DNA from: Clostridia bacterium
Lineage (GTDB): Bacteria; Bacillota; Clostridia; Oscillospirales; CAG-382
NCBI GenBank assembly: GCA_017620655.1
Contig: JAGAUT010000034.1
Coordinates: forward strand, 68,844-132,843
Direction of reading: 5' to 3'
DNA: 64,000 nucleotides
Shown here in pieces: positions 19,221-27,599 of this stretch; within the stretch, counting starts at the first letter, position 1; each line of letters begins with the position of its first letter. A program made the translations under genes and the position numbers. Below the pieces are notes generated by a model. That model was not told where the DNA came from, did no database searches, and worked only from the letters and a program-made list of their open reading frames with translations.

Positions 19221-20504
19221 TTATTCTACTCTTTTTTGTCTTGACAGCACAAATCTTACATACAAAAGCACAAGGGTCGTCAGGACAAATGACACCGCCG
19301 AAAGAAGCTGCTGACCGAACATCGGAATGCCTAAAAACATATTTCCGTTTGCCTGTACAAACGAAAGAAGCTTTCCTGCAATAAGAGCTGCTGCAAACCC
19401 CGAAACGCCCGCAATACAGTTCTTTATGGCAAGTGCCTCGGATATGTAGCTGTTGTCAACATAGCTGTAGAGAATGTTGTAGCTGTTTGAGTTTATTCCG
19501 ACATAGCAAAGCTGATGAAGTACCGTATAAATGACAACAAAAAACCATGTTTCTTTTGTCGTAAACATATTTGCTAAAAATGCAAGACAAGCAATCACAA
19601 GCCCCAGCTGGAAACCCATGCCGTATCCGTGTTTATCTGAAAATCTCGCCACAGGCTTTGACAAAAGAAGCCTCATTCCGTAACCGACCATATTTATTAC
19701 CTGAATGGCAGATACTGATATAAGCAGATCCTTTGTTTTGAAGGTACCCATAAAGCCGAGCTGGAAAAATCTTGCAAACTCCCACACCGACACGGCAAGC
19801 ACGCAGCTGTTGAAGCCCTTATTGCCAAAGGTGTTTCTGACAACCTCTGAGAAATTTCTTTTGCTCTTACGGCTTTCTTCAACAGGCTCGCTTTCCATAG
19901 ACATCAGACACACAAAGTTACACACGCTTATCACCGCCATTGAAACGGCAATGAGAAGAAACGCTCCGCTTATATTGCCAAGTCCCTCAAATCTGTCAAT
20001 TACCCTGCCTATAACAAGGGTAAATGCTATACCAAGTCCTAACGACAGCATTTCCTTTGTTGCCGAGAAGCTCGCCCTTTTATCGGGAGATACAAATTTA
20101 TACGCCCACCTGTACATTACCGGCCACACCACATACATTGCGGCATAGGCTACAAGTATAAACACCACCGCAAGAAACTTTTTGAAAGAGACAGCTATAG
20201 GCAGAAACGGTATCACATACACAAATGCAAACAGCACCTGGCTTACCGTCGAACAGACAGTAACCGTGGTTTTGGATCGGGTTCCTGTTCCAGAAACGAA
20301 AAGAGAACCCAGCTGTATAACCATGGCAAGCGAAATGAAGGTGGCAATTATACCTATCATCGAATCGCTGATTCCCAGATGCGTCAGAATCTTTGCAAGG
20401 AAAGCATCCGTCACCATGAGGGTGATAAGATATTCAAGTGTTGCCTGAAGTGCATACGCAGTCCTTGTGCGTTTATATTCTCTTTTATCAAACATGTTAT
20501 TCAT
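19221..20504 (-). CDS. MFS-type transporter
   Basis: 427 aa with about 12 hydrophobic segments in a 6+6 layout and a central charged loop. The substrate is unknown. Confidence 0.7.
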   Translation of the reverse strand: MNNMFDKREYKRTRTAYALQATLEYLITLMVTDAFLAKILTHLGISDSMIGIIATFISLAMVIQLGSLFVSGTGTRSKTTVTVCSTVSQVLFAFVYVIPFLPIAVSFKKFLAVVFILVAYAAMYVVWPVMYRWAYKFVSPDKRASFSATKEMLSLGLGIAFTLVIGRVIDRFEGLGNISGAFLLIAVSMAVISVCNFVCLMSMESEPVEESRKSKRNFSEVVRNTFGNKGFNSCVLAVSVWEFARFFQLGFMGTFKTKDLLISVSAIQVINMVGYGMRLLLSKPVARFSDKHGYGMGFQLGLVIACLAFLANMFTTKETWFFVVIYTVLHQLCYVGINSNSYNILYSYVDNSYISEALAIKNCIAGVSGFAAALIAGKLLSFVQANGNMFLGIPMFGQQLLSAVSFVLTTLVLLYVRFVLSRQKRVE

Positions 20505-20565
20505 CGCACATCCTCCCCGCCTGACACTTGACGATTATACATCGCAATCTGCAGAAAGTCAATAC

Positions 20566-20601
20566 CTGCAAAAAAGAAAAATGCCCCGAAAAAATCGGGG
20601 C
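20566..20601 (-). terminator. Terminator after the 89-aa ORF
   Basis: gccccga (20583-20589) pairs with tcggggc (20595-20601). On the minus strand it is followed by atTTTTcTTTTTTg. Confidence 0.6.
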
Positions 20602-20608
20602 GTAAAAA

Positions 20609-20878
20609 TTATTCTGCAAGCTGCTTTTCAAGCCAGAGCGAACCGATTTCAAAAGCGTCGAAAAGGTTCTTTCTCTCTGCTTCCTTTACGATTTTCTCGT
20701 TGGAAAATGCAAGGGCAGGATCTGTGTTCTGAAGCTGTACAAGAATTCTCGAAGGAACATCGTTTACGTTCTGCAAAACCGTGAGAACTACCATGAAGGG
20801 GTTCTGAGGTTCACCGAAGTAAAGCTTGTTGCCGTCTCTGACAACAGGACGTCCCTTATAAACCATAGGCTGTGCCAT
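20609..20878 (-). CDS. Hypothetical 89-aa protein
   Basis: A clean ORF with its own terminator, immediately downstream of ireB. I recognise no family. Confidence 0.5.
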   Translation of the reverse strand: MAQPMVYKGRPVVRDGNKLYFGEPQNPFMVVLTVLQNVNDVPSRILVQLQNTDPALAFSNEKIVKEAERKNLFDAFEIGSLWLEKQLAE

Positions 20879-20899
20879 TCAATATCTTCCTTTCGGCAT

Positions 20900-21160
20900 T
20901 TAGTCGTTCTTCAGATAGCTGTTGACAAGAATCTTCATAAGTTCATCTCTGTCAAGCTTTCTGATAAGTCCGCGGGCATTATTATAGCTTGTGATATAAG
21001 TCGGGTCCTCGGACAGAATATAGCCGACAATCTGGTTTATGGGGTTGTAGCCTTTTTCTATAAGTGCGTCGTAAACCTGACGAAGCGTCTGCTTTGTCTC
21101 AAGCTCCTTGAGCTGGGATATGGAAAAGGTTTTTGTCTGGTCGTTTCTGCTTTCAAACAT
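20900..21160 (-). CDS. ireB: IreB-family regulatory phosphoprotein (UPF0297)
   Basis: [47 protein letters not shown] matches the UPF0297/IreB signature. Confidence 0.85.
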   Translation of the reverse strand: MFESRNDQTKTFSISQLKELETKQTLRQVYDALIEKGYNPINQIVGYILSEDPTYITSYNNARGLIRKLDRDELMKILVNSYLKND

Positions 21161-21300
21161 TTATATCACTCACTTTCGCCTTGGATACTTTTATCCGTCT
21201 TTAATTATAGACCATTCGTTCTCAAATATCAAGTGAATTTCGCATAAATTAACAATTTTATAAACATTGGGAAAAGTAATACTGCAAAAAGCACTTTTTT

Positions 21301-21492
21301 CTACTGTTTTCTTGCGATTTTATATTCATCATAGGCCTGGAAATAGGGACAGTTTTTGTACTGGCCTTTGAGGAAATACACCATTTCGTCTTCATCGAGA
21401 CTCATGTTGCATTCGTAGTATTCCCCTTCCTCGTCCCAGTCGTAATGTACACAGTAATCGCAGTTGCAGCCGGTTTCTTTTTTATCCATCAA
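21301..21492 (-). CDS. Small Cys-rich acidic protein (63 aa)
   Basis: It carries CNCDYC...C...C cysteines and a DE-rich core. It is possibly the DUF6472 type of Clostridia, a name I recall only with low certainty. Confidence 0.45.
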   Translation of the reverse strand: MMDKKETGCNCDYCVHYDWDEEGEYYECNMSLDEDEMVYFLKGQYKNCPYFQAYDEYKIARKQ

Positions 21493-21530
21493 ACGCCCTC
21501 CCGATTCCTAATTCCTGATTTTTAATTATA

Positions 21531-22700
21531 TCACACCATTTTGCGATCAACATCCACAACGGCATTATATTTTTTGTCGATTGTCTTGACAAGCCTGTCG
21601 GCTTCTTTTTTGATTTCGTCGGTCTCCATTTTCACTTCAAAGGGGACAACAATATCAAAAATGAGATTTGTAAGGGTATTTCCGTCAACCATGCGGAAGT
21701 CGTGAATGGTGACTTCCTCATGAATGGAAAGCAGCACCTCGCTCACCTTTTGTTTGACCGCGTTTACTCTTTCATCATCGGTGGAAATGGGATCCATGTG
21801 AATTACTGCCTCACAGTCCAGCTTTTCGGCAATCTCGCGTTCCACGTTATCAATAAGCTCGTGTGCCTCGATTATATCGGATTTGTCGGAAATTTCGGCA
21901 TGTACCGAAATCATGATGTGACCGGGGGCATAGTCATGCACCACAAGGTCGTGAATGCCCACAATCTCCTCATGTGCAAGAAGCAATGAGGAGACCTTGT
22001 CTACAAACTCCTTGCTTGGCGGTGTTCCGAGAAGCGGATTTATGGTTTCCCTTGCGGCGTTTACGCCTGCTACAATTATCATGAAGGATACAATAAGACC
22101 GCACCAGCCGTCTGCCGCAAAGCTTGTGACATTGGAAATCACAGCAGAAACAATGATTGCAAAGGTCGCAATGCAATCGGAAAGAGCATCCGCTCCCGTG
22201 GCAATGAGAGTGGGAGAAGAAATCTTTTTTCCTATGCTCCTGTTGAAAACACAAATGTATACCTTGACAAGAATTGAAAGAGCCAGTATACCGCCCGTGA
22301 GAAGTGTAAAATGCGTATCGTTCTCGCCCGAAATTATCTTGCCGACAGAGGTTTTTATAAATTCAACACCCATGACAACTATAAGCACCGACACTACAAG
22401 TCCTGCGATATATTCATATCTTCCGTGACCGAAGGGATGGTCGCTGTCAGCTTTTTTCGACGCCGCCTTGAAGCCGAAAAGTGTGACAAGACTCGAACCT
22501 GCATCCGAAAGGTTGTTGAAGGCATCGGCAAGCACAGACACGGAATTTGCAAGCATGCCTGCAATCATTTTTGCAGCAAAGAGAAGTAGATTAAGAACTA
22601 TCCCCCATACGCCGCACAATAGTCCGTACTGTCCGCGCACAGCCGCGCTTTCGTAATTTTTTCTGTCCTTTATAAACAGCTTTGACAAAAGGGTAATCAT
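21531..22700 (-). CDS. Cation diffusion facilitator (CDF) family metal efflux transporter
   Basis: Six TM segments with the motifs SVLADAFNNLSDAGS and HPFGHGRYE, plus a C-terminal cytoplasmic domain. Confidence 0.85.
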   Translation of the reverse strand: MITLLSKLFIKDRKNYESAAVRGQYGLLCGVWGIVLNLLLFAAKMIAGMLANSVSVLADAFNNLSDAGSSLVTLFGFKAASKKADSDHPFGHGRYEYIAGLVVSVLIVVMGVEFIKTSVGKIISGENDTHFTLLTGGILALSILVKVYICVFNRSIGKKISSPTLIATGADALSDCIATFAIIVSAVISNVTSFAADGWCGLIVSFMIIVAGVNAARETINPLLGTPPSKEFVDKVSSLLLAHEEIVGIHDLVVHDYAPGHIMISVHAEISDKSDIIEAHELIDNVEREIAEKLDCEAVIHMDPISTDDERVNAVKQKVSEVLLSIHEEVTIHDFRMVDGNTLTNLIFDIVVPFEVKMETDEIKKEADRLVKTIDKKYNAVVDVDRKMV

Positions 22701-22728
22701 ATAAGTACAACCTCACCAAAAGTGATTT

Positions 22729-23394
22729 TTATACATTATACTCCCCGCCGTCTTTTTTGTCAACCGAGCTTTTTTCATACCCCATCTTTTTTATGCTGAT
22801 ATGTATGTCATAGCCGTCCTTGTGCTCTGTCTTTTCGTTTTTCACGTCAAAGCCCGCATTTCTTGCAAGCCTTATGGCGTTTTCGATGGAATTGAGAAAA
22901 AAGCCGATATCACTGACAATAAACTTTTTGACGCTTTCCGCCCTTTCCTTTGTCTTCTCCTTTTTGGCACTCTTTGTGGCAACAACGCCGTCCACATATT
23001 CCTTTATCTCATTTTCGTCAAAGCCGCTTTTACGGCAGTATTCGATTGTATAAAGCCTTGTCACCTTATCAAGCTTCAAAAATTCGAGAGCACCCGACTC
23101 CGAAAAGCCGTATTCGAGAATGGCACTCCTTTCCTTTTGTGAAAATTCAAGCAGCCTGAGTTTATTTGCCACATCCGTCTTTTTCAAAGACAGCACACGG
23201 GCTGTTTCTTCAAGTCCCAGCTTTTCAATACTCATTAGATTCTTTACTGCCGCCGCCCTTGTGAACATATTTCCCGACGGAGACAGCAGGTTGTCTATGG
23301 CAGACACCACCGTTGGCGAGAGCTTTTCATTTTTGATGTTGATAACGGGTGAAAAGATAGGACCCAGCCTTTCCTTATAAAAAAAATCCGACAC
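22729..23394 (-). CDS. ParB/Noc-like DNA-binding protein lacking the N-terminal ParB (CTP-binding) domain
   Basis: The HTH block ETARVLSLKKTDVANKLRLLEF aligns with ParB/Noc (STIANKLRLL). The C-terminus FFLNSIENAIRLARNAGFDV...YDIHISIKK resembles the Noc C-terminus. The GTG start has an AGGAGG RBS 8 nt upstream. An in-frame TAA two codons upstream rules out a longer N-terminus. Confidence 0.65.
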   Translation of the reverse strand: MSDFFYKERLGPIFSPVINIKNEKLSPTVVSAIDNLLSPSGNMFTRAAAVKNLMSIEKLGLEETARVLSLKKTDVANKLRLLEFSQKERSAILEYGFSESGALEFLKLDKVTRLYTIEYCRKSGFDENEIKEYVDGVVATKSAKKEKTKERAESVKKFIVSDIGFFLNSIENAIRLARNAGFDVKNEKTEHKDGYDIHISIKKMGYEKSSVDKKDGGEYNV

Positions 23395-23483
23395 GTTTTA
23401 TACCTCCTGAAATTACATACAAGGGTATTCTACTATACCCCATGCAAAAAAAGGCTAAAAGCGTGTCGAGTAAATATTAAATT

Positions 23484-24230
23484 TTAAAGTGGTTTCTTGA
23501 GAATCTGTGCATAGCGTCTCGGGAAAGAATCGGGGGTTTTGCCTGTCTTTCTGATTACGATAAGAGAATGCTTTTGGGTTTCATCATTGGTTCCGGGAAG
23601 CGAGGCGTCGAGAATGCCCTCAACCTTGCCGCCGAGTTTTTTAATACCGCCCATCGCCTTTGAAAGCTCGCTGTCTTTATTGTTTACATCGGCTTCAATC
23701 GAGCTTTTGTATGCAACAAAACAGCCGCCTGTTTTAATATAAGGAAGCACAAGCTCGCAAAGCACGGGAAGCGAGGCTACAGCGCGTGATACGGCAACGT
23801 CATATTTTTCACGTTTTCCCTTTGCCACAAGTTCTTCTGCTCTATCGGGACAGGTTTCAACATCTGTCATTGAGAAAGCCTCAGCCACGGAATTCGTGAA
23901 TTTCAGCTTCTTAGCCGTACTGTCAACAAAGGTGATTTTTATGTCGGGACGGAGCATCTTTATGGGAAGACCGGGAAAGCCTGCACCGCAACCGATATCA
24001 ATGACGGATGCGTTCTTCTTAATAAGGTCATATTTCAGCACCGCAATGGAGTCGGCAAAATGCTTTATTGCGATATCCTCCCGTGTTTTAAGTGCCGTTA
24101 CATTCGTATGGGAATTGAACTCGAGAAGCATATCCGAAAGTGTTTCAAACTTCTCTGCAACATCGTCGGAAATTTCAATACCGTTAAGTTTGCAGTAGTC
24201 AAGTATAGCGTCTTTTGTTGAAAAGCTCAT
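23484..24230 (-). CDS. rsmG: 16S rRNA (guanine527-N7)-methyltransferase
   Basis: SAM motif VIDIGCGAGFPGLPIKM. The length and the neighbouring ParB-like gene are typical for rsmG/gidB. Confidence 0.88.
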   Translation of the reverse strand: MSFSTKDAILDYCKLNGIEISDDVAEKFETLSDMLLEFNSHTNVTALKTREDIAIKHFADSIAVLKYDLIKKNASVIDIGCGAGFPGLPIKMLRPDIKITFVDSTAKKLKFTNSVAEAFSMTDVETCPDRAEELVAKGKREKYDVAVSRAVASLPVLCELVLPYIKTGGCFVAYKSSIEADVNNKDSELSKAMGGIKKLGGKVEGILDASLPGTNDETQKHSLIVIRKTGKTPDSFPRRYAQILKKPL

Positions 24231-24646
24231 TTGTTTCCTCTTTTCATATCGAGATAAGTCTGAAGTATTATCTGTGCAGACAGGGTGTCTACCGAGTCTT
24301 TGCGTTTTTTGCCGCGGGTGCCCGTTTCGTTCATGAAGCCATGTGCCATGATGGTAGTGCGTCTCTCATCGACAAAGTCAATTTCAAGACCCGAAGCCAC
24401 TTTCAGCTTCTCGGCAAAAACCTTGATTTTTTCCGCCTTGTCTCCGTGGGAACCGTTCATGTTCACAGGAAGCCCGAGAACTACTTTTTCTGCGCCTGTT
24501 TCTTTTATTTTTTCGCAGACTTTTTCTACTGCATCGTTCATGCCTTTTATTACTATGTTGCCGATGCCGCTTGCTAAAAATTCCGTGGGGTCACAGATTG
24601 CAAGACCGACACGCACGTCGCCGTAGTCGATACCGAGGATTCTCAT
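24227..24646 (-). CDS. ruvX: Holliday-junction resolvase-like pre-16S rRNA nuclease RuvX (YqgF)
   Basis: MRILGIDYGDVRVGLAI...DERRTT is the YqgF signature. It has a 4-nt overlap with rsmG. Confidence 0.88.
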   Translation of the reverse strand: MRILGIDYGDVRVGLAICDPTEFLASGIGNIVIKGMNDAVEKVCEKIKETGAEKVVLGLPVNMNGSHGDKAEKIKVFAEKLKVASGLEIDFVDERRTTIMAHGFMNETGTRGKKRKDSVDTLSAQIILQTYLDMKRGNK

Positions 24647-24684
24647 GTTTTTACTCCTATTTACTAATGGAATATAGTGCTAAT

Positions 24685-25047
24685 TTCTGTGTGATGGGAG
24701 TTCCGCAGTCTGCGGACTGCGTTTTCCGTTCATTTTCACTCGGGAAAATGAACCAAAACCGACCACTCAAAAAGAGGAGATGGCTCGACACCAATCTTAG
24801 CAAAAAGGGATATCGCAGCGAGTCTGCGCTGACCTCTCCTCTTTCGCCGTGGCGGCTTAACTCCTCACATTTGGTGTAGTGCCAACTAATTTGCAGTTCG
24901 CAACCGTCGGTGTTTGACGGTTGTGAACGGACAATCGTGCATTTTGCTTATATGCTTTGCTTAACTTTCGTCGGTGTTTCGATGAGTTTGCGTTGTTGGA
25001 TTTATGCAACGCAAACGGTGTCCTTTGCGCGACACCTTTTGTTTGTT
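24685..25047 (+). ncRNA. Candidate structured non-coding RNA of unknown class (boundaries and strand tentative)
   Basis: The spacer between ruvX and rnpB has no credible ORF and is packed with perfect hairpins. It ends in a plus-strand-specific intrinsic terminator. A weak plus-strand promoter may sit at 24650-24678 (TTTACT, 17 nt, TATAGT). See the finding for this region. Confidence 0.3.
25017..25047 (+). terminator. Plus-strand intrinsic terminator with no upstream plus-strand gene
   Basis: ggtgtc (25017-25022) pairs with gacacc (25031-25036), followed by TTTTgTTTgTT. A 9-bp hairpin precedes it (24987-24995 with 25007-25015). The T-tract exists only in the plus orientation. Confidence 0.55.
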
Positions 25048-25085
25048 AAAATCAAGCACCGCCCGCGAAATTGCCAGCGGGTGCT
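25047..25085 (-). terminator. Terminator of rnpB
   Basis: On the minus strand, agcac-cccgc / gcggg-(cg)-gtgct forms a stem across 25055-25085, followed by tgaTTTT. Confidence 0.55.
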
Positions 25086-25089
25086 ACCC

Positions 25090-25435
25090 GCGACTGGGGC
25101 TGTAAGCCGGGTTCTGTCGAGAACAATCATCTATCTTGGCTTTATGTTGCCATAAAGCTCTGTTGCCACCTCACAGATTCCGTCGAGCAAACGTAGCTTA
25201 AAGCTCTCTGCATTCGGTGTTGCTTCGGATAGGGTTTACAGGGCCGTGATGTCACCACCACGCCGGTGAGCTCTTACCTCGCCTTTCCACCCTTACCGTA
25301 AAAATACGGCGGTATATCTCTGTTGCACTATCCCGGGAGTCGCCTCCGGCGGACGTTATCCGTTATCCTGCTCTGTGAAGCCCGGACTTTCCTCACCGAC
25401 ATTTCTGTCCAGCGCGATTGTTCACCCCAGTCGTA
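25090..25435 (-). ncRNA. rnpB: RNase P RNA (bacterial, type A-like)
   Basis: The minus strand contains the universal GAGGAAAGTCCGGGCTTCACAGAGCAGG near the 5' end and ACAGAACCCGGCTTACAG near the 3' end (the P4 strands). P1 pairs gactgggg (5' strand, revcomp of 25425-25432) with ccccagtc (3' strand, revcomp of 25092-25099). Length is about 345 nt. Confidence 0.92.
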
Positions 25436-25441
25436 ACTTGT

Positions 25442-25470
25442 ATTATACATATTTTTCGCCTTTTTGTCAA
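25442..25470 (-). promoter_or_regulatory. Consensus promoter of rnpB
   Basis: Minus strand reads TTGACA (25465-25470), 17-nt spacer, TATAAT (25442-25447). The predicted start is about 25435, next to the P1 stem. Confidence 0.65.
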
Positions 25471-25531
25471 GCACACCGAAAGAACACATGGCATAGGATA
25501 AAGTATAGAACCCTGAAAGGAGTAAGCAGCC

Positions 25532-26635
25532 ATGAACAATTTATATAAAATGGGTGGAAAACGCTATTTTGCCGCCGCAAACACCAAAGACGGCTTTATA
25601 AGTTACTTTGATAAAATCTTCTCTGAAAATGAGTGCGAAAGATTGTATATACTTAAAGGAGGCCCCGGTGTCGGTAAAAGTACTTTCATGAAAGCTTTGG
25701 GTAACCTTTTGGAGGAAAAAGGTTACGAAACCGAGTATTTCCATTGCTCGTCCGACCCCGAATCGCTTGACGGTATTATAATAAAGGATAAGAGAATTGC
25801 CGTAATTGACGGCACAAGTCCCCATGCCGTAGAGCCGTCCCTGGCAGGTGCAAGGGAAATAATCGTCGATCTCGGTAAGGCTTGGGATACAGATATGCTT
25901 TTCGACAAAAAAGCTGAAATTGAAAGGCTGTCAAAGATAAAAAAACAGCATTATAAGGATTGCTATACATTCCTATACAGCAAAAGTGTAATGGACTCGC
26001 TTGTGTATAACCTGATTTTTCCGTATATTCTCTTTGATAAGCTGGACAAAAGCGCAATGAGGATGTCCAAAAGTCTCTTTGCACGCATTAAAACCAAGGA
26101 AAAAGGCAATGTTTCGATAAGGATAACAAACGCCGTATCGGCTCTCGGCAGAATAAGACTTTCCACCTTTGAAGATGAGGCAGAGACCTGCGTTTTTCTC
26201 AAAGAGCCGTTCCTTCAAAGCCGTCTTGCCTTTCACTTTCTCAGAGCTGTGTATGAGTACGCAAAATCACAAAACGCCGATGTCACCGCAAGCTTTAACC
26301 CCGAAAGCAAGGGGGAAATTGATGCGCTTTATTTCCCGCAGATCAAAACTTCCGTCTCGCTCTACGACGAAAAGCTCGTCTCGGATTGCGACCGAATAAT
26401 GAAAAAATGCAAAATTGTCAACTGCGCAAGATTTCTTGACTTGAAGGCACTCAGACCCTTGACGCCTTTACGGAAATTCTACTGCAAGTTGTCCGAAAAC
26501 ATGGGAAAGCAAGCACTTGAAAGCCTTGAAAAAGCAGGCAAAGTACACATGGAAATAGAAAAAATCTACCGCCCCTGCACAGACTACGGAACGGTAGAAA
26601 AAATCTCAGATGAAATTTTCAAAAAAATACTCTAA
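25532..26635 (+). CDS. P-loop NTPase of unknown function
   Basis: Walker A motif LKGGPGVGKST in a 367-aa protein. It resembles the uncharacterized PRK06851-type ATPases of Firmicutes; the name is from memory. The RBS is GAAAGGAG. Confidence 0.55.
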   Translation: MNNLYKMGGKRYFAAANTKDGFISYFDKIFSENECERLYILKGGPGVGKSTFMKALGNLLEEKGYETEYFHCSSDPESLDGIIIKDKRIAVIDGTSPHAVEPSLAGAREIIVDLGKAWDTDMLFDKKAEIERLSKIKKQHYKDCYTFLYSKSVMDSLVYNLIFPYILFDKLDKSAMRMSKSLFARIKTKEKGNVSIRITNAVSALGRIRLSTFEDEAETCVFLKEPFLQSRLAFHFLRAVYEYAKSQNADVTASFNPESKGEIDALYFPQIKTSVSLYDEKLVSDCDRIMKKCKIVNCARFLDLKALRPLTPLRKFYCKLSENMGKQALESLEKAGKVHMEIEKIYRPCTDYGTVEKISDEIFKKIL

Positions 26636-27597
26636 AAGCCAAATGCCTCGTCTATAAGAGACATCATTTTGCTTGTGCTTTCGGCAAGGTTTACCCTGTT
26701 TCGCATAGATGCCGAACCCGGCTGTCCCTTAATGTACCACGCAACATGCTTTCTTGCCTCGCGGACACCCACATATTCGCCCTTGTCCTCAATCAGACGG
26801 GCAATGTGCTCCTTTACGCAATCGCGTTTCTGCTCGTTTGTAGGAGGTGTGTAGTCTCTGCCTTCAAGAAAGGCATTGATCTCATCAAAGACAAATGGGT
26901 TGCCCTGTGCGGCTCTGCCCACCATGACTCCGTCACAGCCCGTAAGCTCACGCAGCTTCACCGCATCCCTGCCGCACATTATGTCCCCGTTTCCTATAAC
27001 GGGGATTTTTACTGCCTTTTTTACTTCTGCTATTGTCGAATATTCAACGGGAGGCATATACATCTGCTCCCTTGTTCTTGCATGTACAAATACGGCATCT
27101 GCCCCGCCCTTCTGGCACATTTCAGCCACTTCCACGGCATTTATACTGTCCTTGTCAAAGCCGCGTCTCATCTTGACGGTAATGGGACATCTGTCACCGA
27201 GTGCCGCCTTCATGCGTGAGACAATTTCATAGCAGAGAGCAGGATTTTTCATGAGACTCGACCCTTCGCCGTTATTGACAATCTTGGGTGCGGGACAGCC
27301 CATGTTTACATCGATAAATTCGGGGTGAAACATATCAAAAACGATAAGTGCAGCCTTTGCCATAATGTCAGGCTCACTGCCGAAAAGCTGAAGTCCGCAG
27401 GGACGTTCAAAATCCGAAATATATGCAAGCTTTGCCGTCTTTCTGTCGCCGTAGCAGATTGCCTTTGCCGACACCATTTCGGTGACCATTCCACCTGCAC
27501 CGTACTTTTTGCACATGTAGCGGAAGGCAAGGTCGGTAACACCTGCCATAGGTGCAAGAAATACACCGTTTTTAATCTCTACATTTCCTATCTTCAT
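26632..27597 (-). CDS. dusB: tRNA-dihydrouridine synthase
   Basis: FLAPMAGVTDLAFR, VNMGCP and the TIM-barrel Dus signature in 321 aa. Confidence 0.88.
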   Translation of the reverse strand: MKIGNVEIKNGVFLAPMAGVTDLAFRYMCKKYGAGGMVTEMVSAKAICYGDRKTAKLAYISDFERPCGLQLFGSEPDIMAKAALIVFDMFHPEFIDVNMGCPAPKIVNNGEGSSLMKNPALCYEIVSRMKAALGDRCPITVKMRRGFDKDSINAVEVAEMCQKGGADAVFVHARTREQMYMPPVEYSTIAEVKKAVKIPVIGNGDIMCGRDAVKLRELTGCDGVMVGRAAQGNPFVFDEINAFLEGRDYTPPTNEQKRDCVKEHIARLIEDKGEYVGVREARKHVAWYIKGQPGSASMRNRVNLAESTSKMMSLIDEAFGF

Positions 27598-27599
27598 TA

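Noticed and set aside
24661-24900. Possible T-box leader (AATTAGTTGGCACTACACC on the minus strand), tmRNA, or SRP/6S RNA in the ruvX-rnpB spacer.
   Set aside because: The T-box-like word misses the conserved GGGTGGTACCGCG core, and no aminoacyl-tRNA-related gene lies downstream. There is no tRNA-like acceptor/TTCGA end or tag ORF for tmRNA. There is no GGAAGCAGC-type SRP domain IV motif. I kept it only as an unclassified structured-RNA candidate.
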